Below are positions 26,701 through 41,100 of a stretch of DNA of 64,000 bases, in pieces; positions within the stretch are counted from its first letter, which is position 1, and every line of letters begins with the position of its first letter. The DNA lies in NCBI GenBank assembly GCA_964016885.1, contig OZ024740.1:436790001-436854000 (forward strand). Reading direction: 5' to 3'. The notes below the pieces were generated by a model, which was not told the origin of the DNA, ran no database searches, and saw only the letters and a program-made list of their open reading frames with translations. The position numbers were made by a program, and so were the translations under genes. This DNA comes from Eledone cirrhosa (Eukaryota).

Positions 26701-29700
26701 CATGGCAAGCTATTTCTGTGATAACCTCTCACTGTTCACTACATGTCAAGCTATTTCTGTGATAACCCCTGACTGTTCACTACATGTCAAGCTAAATATG
26801 TGATAATCCCACACTGTTCATTACATATCAAGCTATTTCTGTGATAACACCTCACTGTTCACTACATGTCAAGCTATTTCTGTGATAACGCCTCACTGTT
26901 CACTACATGTGAAGCTATTTCTATGATAACCTTTCACTGTTCTCTACATGTCTAGCTATTTGTGTGATAACCTCTCACTGTTCACTACTTGTCAAGCTAT
27001 TTCTGTAATAACTCCTCACTGTTCACTACAGCTCAAGCTATTTCTGTGATAAACACTCACTGTTCACTACATGTCAAGCTATTTCTGTGGTAATCCCTCA
27101 CTGTTCACTACATGTCAAGCTATTTCTGTGATAACCCCTCACTGTTCACTACATGTCAACTATTTCTGTGATAATCCCTCACTATTCACTACATGTCAAG
27201 CTATTTCCGGTGATTGCCCCTCACTGTTCACTATATGTCAAGCTATTTCTGTGATAACGCCTCACTGTTCACTATATGTCAAGCTGTTTCTGTGATAATC
27301 CCTCACTGTTCACTACATGCCAAGCTATTTCTGTGATTACCCCTCACTTTTAATTACATTTCACGCTATTTCTGTGATAACCCCTCACTGTTCACTACAT
27401 GTCAAGCTATTTCTGTGATAACCTTTCATTGTTCACTACATGTCAAGCTATTTCTGTGATAGCCCCTCACTGTTCACTACATGTCAAACTATTTCTGTGA
27501 TAACCCATCACTGTTCACTACATGTCAAGCTATTTCCGGTGATTACCCCCTCACTGTTCACTATATGTCAAACTATTTCTGTGATTACCCCTCACGGTTC
27601 ACTACATGTCAAGCTATTTCTGTGATAAGTTCTCACTGTTCACTACATGTCAAGCTATTTCTGTGATAATGCCACACTGTTCACTACATGTCAAGCTATT
27701 TCTGTGAAAACCCCTCACTGTTCACTACATGTCAAGCTATTTCTGTGATAACCCCTCACTGTTCACTACATGTCAAGCTATTTCTGTGATAACCTCTCAC
27801 TGTTCACTACATGTCAAGCTATTTCTGTGATAATCCCTCACTGTTCACTACATGTCAAGCTATTTCTGTGAAAACCCCTCACTGTTCACTACATGTCAAG
27901 CTATTTCTGTGATCACCCCTCACTGTTCACTACATGTCAAGCTATTTCTGTGCTAATCCCTCACTGTTCACTACATGTCAATCTATTTCTGTGATAACCC
28001 CTAACTGTTCACTACATGTCAAGCTATTTCCGGTGATTACCCCTCACTGTTCACTATATGTCAAGCTATTTCTGTGATAACCCCTCACTGTTCTCTACAT
28101 GTCAAGATATTTATGTGATAAGCCCTCACTGTTCACTACATGTCAAGCTATTTCTGTGATAACCCCTCACTCTTCACTACATGTCAAGCTATTTCTGTGA
28201 TAACCCCTCACTGTTCATTACATGTAAAGCTATTTCTGTGATAACTTCTCACCGTTCACTACATGTCAAGCTATTTCTGTGATAACCTTTCACTGTTCAC
28301 TACATGTCAAGCTATTTCTGTGATAACCTCTCACTGTTCACTACATGTCAAGCTATTTCTGTGATAAGCCCTCACTGTTCACTACATGTCTAGCTATTTC
28401 TGTGATAACCCCTCATTATTCACTATATGTCAAGCTATTTCTGTGATTACCCCTCACTGTTCACTACATGTCAAGCTATTTCCGGTGATTACCACTCACT
28501 GTTCACTATATGTCAAGCTATTTCTGTGATAACCTCTCACTGTTAACTACATGTCAAGCTATTTCTGTGATAACCCCTCACTGTTCACTACATGTCAAGT
28601 TATTTCTGTGATAACCTTTCATTGTTCACTACATGTCAAGCTATTTCTGTGATAACCTCTCACTGTTCACTACATGTCAAGCTATTTCTGTGATAAGCCC
28701 TCACTGTTCACAACATGTCAACCTATTTCTGTGATTACCCCTCACTGTTCACTACATGTCAAGCTATTTCTGGTGATTACCCCTCACTGTTCACTATATG
28801 TCAAGCTATTTCTGTGATTACCTTTCACTGTTCACTACATGTCAAGCTATTTCTGTGATAATCTCTCACTGGTCACTACATGTAAAGCTATTTCTGTGAT
28901 AACCTCTCACTGTTCACTACATGTCAAGCTATTTCTGTAATAACCCCTCACTGTTCACTATATGTCAAGCTATTTCTGTGATAACCCCTCACTGTTCACT
29001 ACATGTCAAACTATTTCTGTGATAACCCATCACTGTTCACTACATGTCAAGCTATTTCCGGTGATTACCCCTCACTGTTCACTATATGTCAAGCAATTTC
29101 TGTGATTACCCCTCACTGTTCACTACATGGCAAGCTATTTCTGTGATAACCTCTCACTGTTCACTACATGTCAAGCTATTTCTGTGATAACCCCTGACTG
29201 TTCACTACATGTCAAGCTAAATCTGTGATAATCCCACACTGTTCATTACATATCAAGCTATTTCTGTGATAACACCTCACTGTTCCCTACATGTCAAGCT
29301 ATTTCTGTGATAACGCCTCACTGTTCACTACATGTCAAGCTATTTCTGTGATAACCTTTCACTGTTCTCTACATGTCAAGCTATTTGTGAGATAACCTCT
29401 CACTGTTCACTACTTGTCAAGCTATTTCTGTAATAACTCCTCACTGTTCACTACAGCTCAAGCTATTTCTGTGATAAACACTCACTGTTCACTACATGTC
29501 AAGCTATTTCTGTGATAATCCCTCACTGTTCACTACATGTCAAGCTATTTCTGTGATAACCCCTCACTGTTCACTACATGTCAACTATTTCTGTGATAAT
29601 CCCTCACTATTCACTACATGTCAAGCTATTTCCGGTGATTGCCCCTCACTGTTCACTATATGTCAAGCTATTTCTGTGATAACGCCTCACTGTTCACTAT

Positions 29701-32130
29701 ATGTCAAGCTATTTCTGTGATAATCCCTCACTGTTCACTACATGTCAAGATATTTCTGTGATAACCTTTCATTGTTCACTACATGTCAAGCTATTTCTGT
29801 GATAGCCCCTCACTGTTCACTACATGTCAAACTATTTCTGTGATAACCCATCACTGTTCACTACATGTCAAGCTATTTCCGGTGATTACCCCCTCACTGT
29901 TCACTATATGTCAAACTATTTCTGTGATTACCCCTCACGGTTCACTACATGTCAAGCTATTTCTGTGATAAGTTCTCACTGTTCACTACATGTCAAGCTA
30001 TTTCTGTGATAATGCCACACTGTTCACTACATGTCAAGCTATTTCTGTGATAACCCCTCACTGTTCACTACATGTCAAGCTATTTCTGTGATAACCTCTC
30101 ACTGTTCACTACATGTCAAGCTATTTCTGTGATAATCCCTCACTGTTGACTACATGTCAAGCTATTTCTGTGAAAACCCCTCACTGTTCACTACATGTCA
30201 AGCTATTTCTGTGATCACCCCTCACTGTTCACTACATGTCAAGCTATTTCTGTGCTAATCCCTCACTGTTCACTACATGTCAATCTATTTCTGTGATAAC
30301 CCCTAACTGTTCACTACATGTCAAGCTATTTCTGTGATAATCCCTCACTGTTCACTACATGTCAAGCTATTTCCGGTGATTACCCCTCACTGTTCACTAT
30401 ATGTCAAGCTATTTCTGTGATAACCCCTCACTGTTCTCTACATGTCAAGATATTTATGTGATAAGCCCTCACTGTTCACTACATGTCAAGCTATTTCTGT
30501 GATAACCCCTCACTCTTCACTACATGTCAAGCTATTTCTGTGATAACCCCTCACTGTTCATTACATGTAAAGTTATTTCTGTGATAACTTCTCACCGTTC
30601 ACTACATGTCAAGCTATTTCTGTGATAACCTCTCACTGTTCACTACATGTCAAGCTATTTCAGTGATAACCCCTCACTGTTCACTACATTTCAAGCTATT
30701 TCTGTGATAACCCCTCACTGTTCACTACATGTCAAGCTATTTCTGTGATAACCCCTCACTGTTCACTACATGTCAAGCTATTTCTGTGATAACCTTTCAC
30801 TGTTCACTACATGTCAAGCTATTTCTGTGATAACCTCTCACTGTTCACTACATGTCAAGCTATTTCTGTGATAAGCCCTCACTGTTCACTACATGTCTAG
30901 CTATTTCTGTGATAACCCCTCATTATTCACTACATGTCAAGCTATTTCTGTGATTACCCCTCACTGTTCACTACATGTCAAGCTATTTCCGGTGATTACC
31001 ACTCACTGTTCACTATATGTCAAGCTATTTCTGTGGTAACCTCTCACTGTTAACTACATGTCAAGCTATTTCTGTGATAACCCCTCACTGTTCACTACAT
31101 GTCAAGTTATTTCTGTGATAACCTTTCATTGTTCACTACGTTTCAAGCTATTTCTGTGATAACCTCTCACTGTTCACTACATGTCAAGCTATTTCTGTGA
31201 TAAGCCCTCACTGTTCACAACATGTCAACCTATTTCTGTGATTACCCCTCACTGTTCACTACATGTCAAGCTATTTCTGGTGATTACCCCTCACTGTTCA
31301 CTATATGTCAAGCTATTTCTGTGATTACCTTTCACTGTTCACTACATGTCAAGCTATTTCTGTGATAATCTCTCACTGGTCACTACATGTAAAGCTATTT
31401 CTGTGATAACCTCTCACTGTTCACTACATGTCAAGCTATTTCTGTAATAACCCCTCACTGTTCACTACATGTCAAACTATTTCTGTGATAACCCATCACT
31501 GTTCACTACATGTCAAGCTATTTCCGGTGATTACCCCTCACTGTTCACTATATGTCAAGCAATTTCTGTGATTACCCCTCACTGTTCACTACATGGCAAG
31601 CTATTTCTGTGATAACCTCTCACTGTTCACTACATGTCAAGCTATTTCTGTGATAACCCCTGACTGTTCACTACATGTCAAGCTAAATCTGTGATAATCC
31701 CACACTGTTCATTACATATCAAGCTATTTCTGTGATAACACCTCACTGTTCCCTACATGTCAAGCTATTTCTGTGATAACGCCTCACTGTTCACTACATG
31801 TCAAGCTATTTCTGTGATAACCTTTCACTGTTCTCTACATGTCAAGCTATTTGTGTGATAACCTCTCACTGTTCACTACTTGTCAAGCTATTTCTGTAAT
31901 AACTCCTCACTGTTCACTACAGGTCAAGCTATTTCTGTGATAAACACTCACTGTTCACTACATGTCAAGCTATTTCTGTGATAATCCCTCACTGTTCACT
32001 ACATGTCAAGCTATTTCTGTGATAACCCCTCACTGTTCACTACATGTCAACTATTTCTGTGATAATCCCTAATTATTCACTACATGTCAAGCTATTTCCG
32101 GTGATTGCCCCTCACTGTTCACTATATGTC
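26198..32130. repeat. Nested ~2.4-kb (59-60 monomer) sub-repeat, ~2.4 tandem copies, inside the 11.8-kb unit (mirrored at ~37990-43960)
   Basis: GCTAAAT marker at 26791, 29216 and 31682 (+2425, +2466). ORF pairs 27071/29496 and 27440/29783. Confidence 0.9.
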
Positions 32131-35100
32131 AAGCTATTTCTGTGATAACCCCTCACTGTTCACTACATGTCAACTATTTCTGTGATAATCCCTCAATATT
32201 CACTACATATCAAGCTATTTCCGGTGATTGCCCCTCACTGTTCACTATATGTCAAGCTATTTCTGTGATAACGCCTCACTTTTCACTACATGTCAAGCTA
32301 TTTCTGAGATAAACCCTCACTGTTCACTACATGTCATGCTATTTCTATGATAACCCCTCACAGTTAACTACATATCAAGCTATTTCTGTGATAACCTCTC
32401 ACTGTTCACTACATGTCAAGCTATTTCTGTGATAACCCCTCACTGTTCACTATATGTCAAGCTATTTCTGTGATAACCCCTCACTGTTCACTACATTTCA
32501 AACTATTTCTGTGATAACCCCTCACTGTTCACTACATGTCAAGCTATTACCGGTGATTACCCCTCACTGTTCACTATATGTCAAGCTAATTCTGTGATTA
32601 CCCCTCACTGTTCACTACATGTCAAGCTATTGCTGTGATAACCTCTCACTATTCACTACATGTCAAGTTATTTCTGTGATAACCCCTCACTGTTCACTAC
32701 ATGTCAAGCTATTTCTGTGATAACCTCTCACTGTTCACTACATGTCAAGCTATTTGTGTGATAACCTCTCACTGTTCACTACATGTCAAGCTATTTCTGT
32801 GATAACCACTGACTGTTCACTACATGTCAAACTATTTCTGTGATAATCCCTCACTGTTCACTACCTATCAAGCTATTTCTGTGGTAACCCCTCACTGTTC
32901 ACTACATGTCAAGCTATTTCTGTGATAACCCCTCACAGTTCTCTACATGTCAAGCTATTTCTGTAATAACCCCTCACTGTTCACTATATGTCAAGCTATT
33001 TATGTGATTACCCCTCACTGTTCTCTACATGTCAAGCTATTTCTGTAATAACCCCTCACTGTTCAATACAGGTCAAGCTATTTCTGTGATAAACCCTCAC
33101 TGTTCACTACATGTCAAGCTATTTCTGTGATAATCCCTCACTGTTGACTACATATCAAGCTATTTCTGTGATAATCCCTCACTGTTCACTACATGTCAAA
33201 CTATTTCCGGTGATTGCCCCTCACTGTTCACTACATGTCAACCTATTTCTGTAATTACCCCTCACTGTTCACTACATGTCAAGCTATTTCTGTGACAATC
33301 CCTCACTGTTCTCTACATGTCAAGCTATTTCTGTAATAACCCCTCACTGTTCACTACATGTCAAGCTATTTCTGTAATAACCACTCACTGTTCACTATAT
33401 GTCAAGCTATTTATGTGATAACCCCTCACTGTTCTCTACATGTCAAGCTATTTCTGTAATAACCCCTCATTGTTCAATACAGGTCAAGCTATTTCTGTGA
33501 TAAACCCTCACTTTTCACTACATGTCAAGCTATTTCTGTGATAATCCCTCACTGTTCACTACATATCAAGCTATTTCTGTGATATCCCCTCACTGTTCAT
33601 TACTTGTCAAGCTATTTCTGTGATAACCCCTCACTGTTCAGTACATATCAAGCTATTTCTGTGATAACCCCTCAGTGTTCACTACATGTCAAGCTATTTC
33701 TGTGATAACGCCTCACTGTTAACTACATGTCAAGCTATTTCTGTGATAAGCCCTCACTGTTCACTACATGTCAAGCTATTTCTGTGATAACCCCTCACAG
33801 TTCACTACATGTCAAGGTATTTCTGTGATAACCTCTCACAGTTCACTACGTGTCAAGCTATTTCTGTGATAACCTCTCACTGTTCACTACATGTCCTTGC
33901 TCTTTCTGTGATAAGCCCTCACTGTTCACTACATGTCAAGCTATTTCTGTGATTACCCCTCACTGTTCACTACATGTCAAGCTATTTCCTGTTATTATCC
34001 CTCACTGTTCACTATATGTCAAGCTATTTCTGTCATTACCCCTCACTGTTCACTACATGTCACGCTATTTCTGTGATAACCTGTCACTGTTCACTAGATG
34101 TCAAGCTATTTCTGTGATAACCTCTCACTGTTCACTACATGTCAAGCTATTTCTGTGATAACCCCTCACTGTTCACTACATGTCACGCTATTTCTGTGAA
34201 AACCTGTCATTGTTCACTACATGTCAAGCTATTTCTGTGATAACCTCTCACTGTTCACTACATGTCAAGCTATTTCTGTGATAACCCCTCACTGTTCACT
34301 ACATGTCAAGCTATTTCCGGTGATTACCTCTCACTGTTCACTACATTTCGTGCTATTTCTGTGATAACCTCTCACTGTTCACTACATGTCAAGCTATTTC
34401 TGTGATAACCTCTCACTGTTCACTACATGTCAAGCTTTTTCTGTGATTACCCCTCACTGTTCACTACATGTCAAGCTATTTCTGTGATAACCCCTCACTG
34501 TTCACTACATGTCAAACTATTTCTGTGATAATCCCTAAATGTTCATTACATGTCAAGCAATTCCTGTGATAACCTCTCACTGTTCACTACATGTCAAGCT
34601 ATTTCTGTGATAACCCCTCACTGTTCACTACATGTCAAGCTGTTTCTGTGATAACCCCTCACTGTTCACTACATGTCAAACTATTTCTGTGATAATCCCT
34701 CAATGTTCATTACATGTCAAGCAATTCCTGTGATAACCTCTCACAGTTCACTACATGTCAAGCTCTTTCTGTGAGAACCTGTCACTGTTCACTACATGTC
34801 AAGCTATTTCTGTAATAACCACTCACTGTTCACTATATGTCAAGCTATTTATGTGATAACCCCTCACTGTTCTCTACATGTCAAACTATTTCTGTAATAA
34901 CCCCTCACTGTTCACTACAGGTCAAGCTATTTCTGTGATGAACCCTCACTGTTCACTACATGTCAAGCTATTTCTGTGATAACCCCTCACTGTTCACTAC
35001 ATGTCAACTATTTCTGGGATAATCCCTCACTGTTCACTACATGTCAAGCTATTTCCGGTGATTGCCCCTCACTGTTCACTATATGTCAAGCTATTTCTGT

Positions 35101-38100
35101 GATAACCCCTCACAGTTCACTGCATGTCAAGCTATTTCTGTGATAACCTCTCACTGTTCACTACCTGTCAAGCTATTTCTGTAATAACCTCTCACTGTTC
35201 ACTACATGTCAAGCTCTTTCTGTGATAAGCCCTCACTGTTCACTACATGTCAAGCTATTTCTGTGATTACCCCTCACTGTTCACTACATGTCAAGCTATT
35301 TCCGGTGATTATCCCTCACTGTTCACTATATGTCAAGCTATTTCTGTCATTACCCCTCACTGTTCACTACATGTCACGCTATTTCTGTGATAACCTCTCA
35401 CTGTTCACTACATGTCACGCTATTTCTGTGATAACCTGTCACTGTTCACTACATGTCAAGCTATTTCTGTGATAACCTCTCACTGTTCACTACATGTCAA
35501 GCTATTTCTGTGATAACCGCTCACTGTTCACTACATGTCAAGCTATTTCTGTGCTAATCCCTCACTGTTCATTACATTTCAAGCTATTTCTGTGATAACC
35601 CCTAACTGTTCACTACATGTCAAGCTATTTCTGTGATAATCCCTCACTGTTCACTACATGTCAAGCTATTTCCGGTGATTAACCCTCACTGTTCACTATA
35701 TGTCAAGCTATTTCTATGATAACCCCTCACTGTTCTCAAAATGTCAAGCTAATTCTGTGATAACCCCTCACTGTTTACTACATGTTAAGCTATTTCTGTG
35801 ATAACCCCTCACTGTTCACTTCATGTAAAGCTATTTCTGTGATAACCTCTCCCTGTTCACTACATGTCAAGCTATTTCTGTGATAACCTCTCACTGTTCG
35901 ATACATGTCATGCTATTTCTGTGATAACCCCTCACTGTTCACTACATGTCAAGCTATTTCTGTGATAACCCCTCACTGTTCACTACATGTCAAGCTATTT
36001 CTGTGATAACCCCTCACTGTTTACTACATGTCAAGCTATTTCTGAGATAACCTTTCATTGTTCACTACATGTAAAGCTATTTCTGTGATAACCTCTCACT
36101 GTTCACTACATGTCAAGCTATTTCTGTGATAAGCCCTCACTGTTCACTACATGTCTAGCTATTTCTGTGATAACCCCTCATTGTTCACTATATATCAAGC
36201 TATTTCTGTGATAATCCCTCACTGTTCACTAGATGTCAAGCTATTTCCGGTGATTACCCCTCACTGTCCACTATATGTCAAGCTATTTCTGTGATAACCT
36301 CTCACTGTTAACTACATGTCAAGCTATTTCTGTGATAACCTCTTACTGTTCGCTACATGTCAATCTATTTCTGTGATAACCCCTCACTGTTCACTACATG
36401 TCAAGCTGTTTCTGTGATAACCCCTCACTGTTCACTACATGTCAAACTATTTCTGTGATAATCCCTCAATGTTCATTACATGTCAAGCAATTCCTGTGAT
36501 AACCTCTCACAGTTCACTACATGTCAAGCTCTTTCTGTGAGAACCTGTCACTGTTCACTACATGTCAAGCTATTTCTGTGATAACCTCTCACTGTTCACT
36601 ATATGTCAAGCTATTTCTGTGATAATCCCTCACTGTTCACTACATGCCAAGCTATTTCTGTGAATACCCCTCACTTTTTATTACATGTCACGCTATTTCT
36701 GTGATAACCCCTCACTGTTCACTACCTGTCAAGCTATTTCTGTGATAACCCCTCATTGTTCACTACATGTCAAGCTATTTCTGTGATTACCCCGCAGTGT
36801 TCACTACATGTCAATCTATTTCCGGTGATTACCCCTCACTGTTCACTAAATGTCAAGCTATTTCTGTGTTTACCTTTCACTGTTCACTACATGTCAAGCT
36901 ATTTCTGTGATAACCTCTCACTGGTCACTACATGTAAAGCTATTTCTGTGATAACCCCTCACTGTACACTATATGTCAAGCTATTTCTGTGATAACCCCT
37001 CACTGTTCACTACATGTCAAGCTACTTCCGGTGATTACCCCTCACTGTTCACTATATGTCAAGCTATTTCTGTGATTACCCCTCACTGTTCACTACGTGT
37101 CAAGCTATTTCTGTGATAACCTCTCACTGTTCACTACATGTCAAGCTCTTTCTGTGATAACCTGTCACTGTTCACTACATGTCAAGCTATTTCTGTGATA
37201 ACCTCTCACTGTTCACTATATGTCAAGCTATTTCTGTGATAACCTGTCACTGTTCACTACATGTCAAGCTATTTGTGTGATAACCTCTCACTGTTCACTA
37301 CATGTCAAGCTATTTCTGTGATAACCCCTGACTGTTCACTACATGTCAAGCTATTTCTGTGATAATCCCTCACTGTTAATTACATATCAAGCTATTTCTG
37401 TGATACGCCCTCACTGTTCACTACATGTCAAGCTATTTCTGTGATAACGCCTCACTGTTCACTACATGTCAAGCTATTTCTGTGATAACCCCTCATTGTT
37501 CACTACATGTCAAGCTATTTCTGTGATAACCTTTCACAGTTCTCTACATGTCAAGCTATTTCTGTGATAACCTCTCACTGTTCACTACATTTCAAGCTAT
37601 TTCTGTGATAACCCCTCACTGTTCACTACATGTCAAACTATTTCTGTGATAACGCCTCACTGTTCACTACATGTCTAGCTATTTCTGTGATAAGCCCTCA
37701 CTGTTCACTACATGCCAAGCTATTTCTGTGATAACCCCTCACAGTTCACTGCATGTCAAGCTATTTCCGTGATAACCTCTCACTGTTCACTACCTGTCAA
37801 GCTATTTCTGTGATAACCTCTCACTGTTCACTACATGTCAAGCTCTTTCTGTGATAAGCCCTCACTGTTCACTACATGTCAAGTTATTTCTGTGATTACC
37901 ACTCACTGTTCACTACATGTCAAGCTATTTCCGTTGATTATCCCTCACTGATCACTATATGTCAAGCTATTTCTGTGATAACCTCTCACTGTTCACTACA
38001 TGTCAAGCTATTTCTGTGATAACCTCTCACTGTTCACTACATGTCAAGCTATTTCTGTGATAAGCCCTCACTGTTCACTACATGTCAACCTATTTCTGTG

Positions 38101-41100
38101 ATTACCCCTCACTGTTCACTACATGTCAAGCTATTTCTGGTGATTACCCCTCACTGTTCACTATATGTCAAGCTATTTCTGTGATTACCTTTCACTGTTC
38201 ACTACATGTCAAGCTATTTCTGTGATAATCTCTCACTGGTCACTACATGTAAAGCTATTTCTGTGATAACCTCTCACTGTTCACTACATGTCAAGCTATT
38301 TCTGTGATAACCCCTCACTGTTCACTATATGTCAAGCTATTTCTGTGATAACCCCTCACTGTTCACTACATGTCACACTATTTCTGTGATAACCCATCAC
38401 TGTTCACTACATGTCAAGCTATTTCCGGTGATTACCCCTCACTGTTCACTATATGTCAAGCTATTTCTGTGATTACCCCTCACTGTTCACTACATGGCAA
38501 GCTATTTCTGTGATAACCTCTCACTGTTCACTACATGTCAAGCTATTTCTGTGATAACCCCTGACTGTTCACTACATGTCAAGCTAAATATGTGATAATC
38601 CCACACTGTTCATTACATATCAAGCTATTTCTGTGATAACACCTCACTGTTCACTACATGTCAAGCTATTTCTGTGATAACGCCTCACTGTTCACTACAT
38701 GTGAAGCTATTTCTATGATAACCTTTCACTGTTCTCTACATGTCTAGCTATTTGTGTGATAACCTCTCACTGTTCACTACTTGTCAAGCTATTTCTGTAA
38801 TAACTCCTCACTGTTCACTACAGCTCAAGCTATTTCTGTGATAAACACTCACTGTTCACTACATGTCAAGCTATTTCTGTGGTAATCCCTCACTGTTCAC
38901 TACATGTCAAGCTATTTCTGTGATAACCCCTCACTGTTCACTACATGTCAACTATTTCTGTGATAATCCCTCACTATTCACTACATGTCAAGCTATTTCC
39001 GGTGATTGCCCCTCACTGTTCACTATATGTCAAGCTATTTCTGTGATAACGCCTCACTGTTCACTATATGTCAAGCTGTTTCTGTGATAATCCCTCACTG
39101 TTCACTACATGCCAAGCTATTTCTGTGATTACCCCTCACTTTTAATTACATTTCACGCTATTTCTGTGATAACCCCTCACTGTTCACTACATGTCAAGCT
39201 ATTTCTGTGATAACCTTTCATTGTTCACTACATGTCAAGCTATTTCTGTGATAGCCCCTCACTGTTCACTACATGTCAAACTATTTCTGTGATAACCCAT
39301 CACTGTTCACTACATGTCAAGCTATTTCCGGTGATTACCCCCTCACTGTTCACTATATGTCAAACTATTTCTGTGATTACCCCTCACGGTTCACTACATG
39401 TCAAGCTATTTCTGTGATAAGTTCTCACTGTTCACTACATGTCAAGCTATTTCTGTGATAATGCCACACTGTTCACTACATGTCAAGCTATTTCTGTGAA
39501 AACCCCTCACTGTTCACTACATGTCAAGCTATTTCTGTGATAACCCCTCACTGTTCACTACATGTCAAGCTATTTCTGTGATAACCTCTCACTGTTCACT
39601 ACATGTCAAGCTATTTCTGTGATAATCCCTCACTGTTCACTACATGTCAAGCTATTTCTGTGAAAACCCCTCACTGTTCACTACATGTCAAGCTATTTCT
39701 GTGATCACCCCTCACTGTTCACTACATGTCAAGCTATTTCTGTGCTAATCCCTCACTGTTCACTACATGTCAATCTATTTCTGTGATAACCCCTAACTGT
39801 TCACTACATGTCAAGCTATTTCCGGTGATTACCCCTCACTGTTCACTATATGTCAAGCTATTTCTGTGATAACCCCTCACTGTTCTCTACATGTCAAGAT
39901 ATTTATGTGATAAGCCCTCACTGTTCACTACATGTCAAGCTATTTCTGTGATAACCCCTCACTCTTCACTACATGTCAAGCTATTTCTGTGATAACCCCT
40001 CACTGTTCATTACATGTAAAGCTATTTCTGTGATAACTTCTCACCGTTCACTACATGTCAAGCTATTTCTGTGATAACCTTTCACTGTTCACTACATGTC
40101 AAGCTATTTCTGTGATAACCTCTCACTGTTCACTACATGTCAAGCTATTTCTGTGATAAGCCCTCACTGTTCACTACATGTCTAGCTATTTCTGTGATAA
40201 CCCCTCATTATTCACTACATGTCAAGCTATTTCTGTGATTACCCCTCACTGTTCACTACATGTCAAGCTATTTCCGGTGATTACCACTCACTGTTCACTA
40301 TATGTCAAGCTATTTCTGTGATAACCTCTCACTGTTAACTACATGTCAAGCTATTTCTGTGATAACCCCTCACTGTTCACTACATGTCAAGTTATTTCTG
40401 TGATAACCTTTCATTGTTCACTACATGTCAAGCTATTTCTGTGATAACCTCTCACTGTTCACTACATGTCAAGCTATTTCTGTGATAAGCCCTCACTGTT
40501 CACAACATGTCAACCTATTTCTGTGATTACCCCTCACTGTTCACTACATGTCAAGCTATTTCTGGTGATTACCCCTCACTGTTCACTATATGTCAAGCTA
40601 TTTCTGTGATTACCTTTCACTGTTCACTACATGTCAAGCTATTTCTGTGATAATCTCTCACTGGTCACTACATGTAAAGCTATTTCTGTGATAACCTCTC
40701 ACTGTTCACTACATGTCAAGCTATTTCTGTAATAACCCCTCACTGTTCACTATATGTCAAGCTATTTCTGTGATAACCCCTCACTGTTCACTACATGTCA
40801 AACTATTTCTGTGATAACCCATCACTGTTCACTACATGTCAAGCTATTTCCGGTGATTACCCCTCACTGTTCACTATATGTCAAGCAATTTCTGTGATTA
40901 CCCCTCACTGTTCACTACATGGCAAGCTATTTCTGTGATAACCTCTCACTGTTCACTACATGTCAAGCTATTTCTGTGATAACCCCTGACTGTTCACTAC
41001 ATGTCAAGCTAAATCTGTGATAATCCCACACTGTTCATTACATATCAAGCTATTTCTGTGATAACACCTCACTGTTCCCTACATGTCAAGCTATTTCTGT

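Noticed and set aside
33850-34158. Cys/His-rich peptide superficially like a C2H2 zinc finger
   Set aside because: The spacing (C-X8-C-X8-H-X3-H) does not fit C-X2-4-C-X12-H-X3-5-H, there is no TGEKP linker, and the repeat unit is 41 bp rather than 84 bp.
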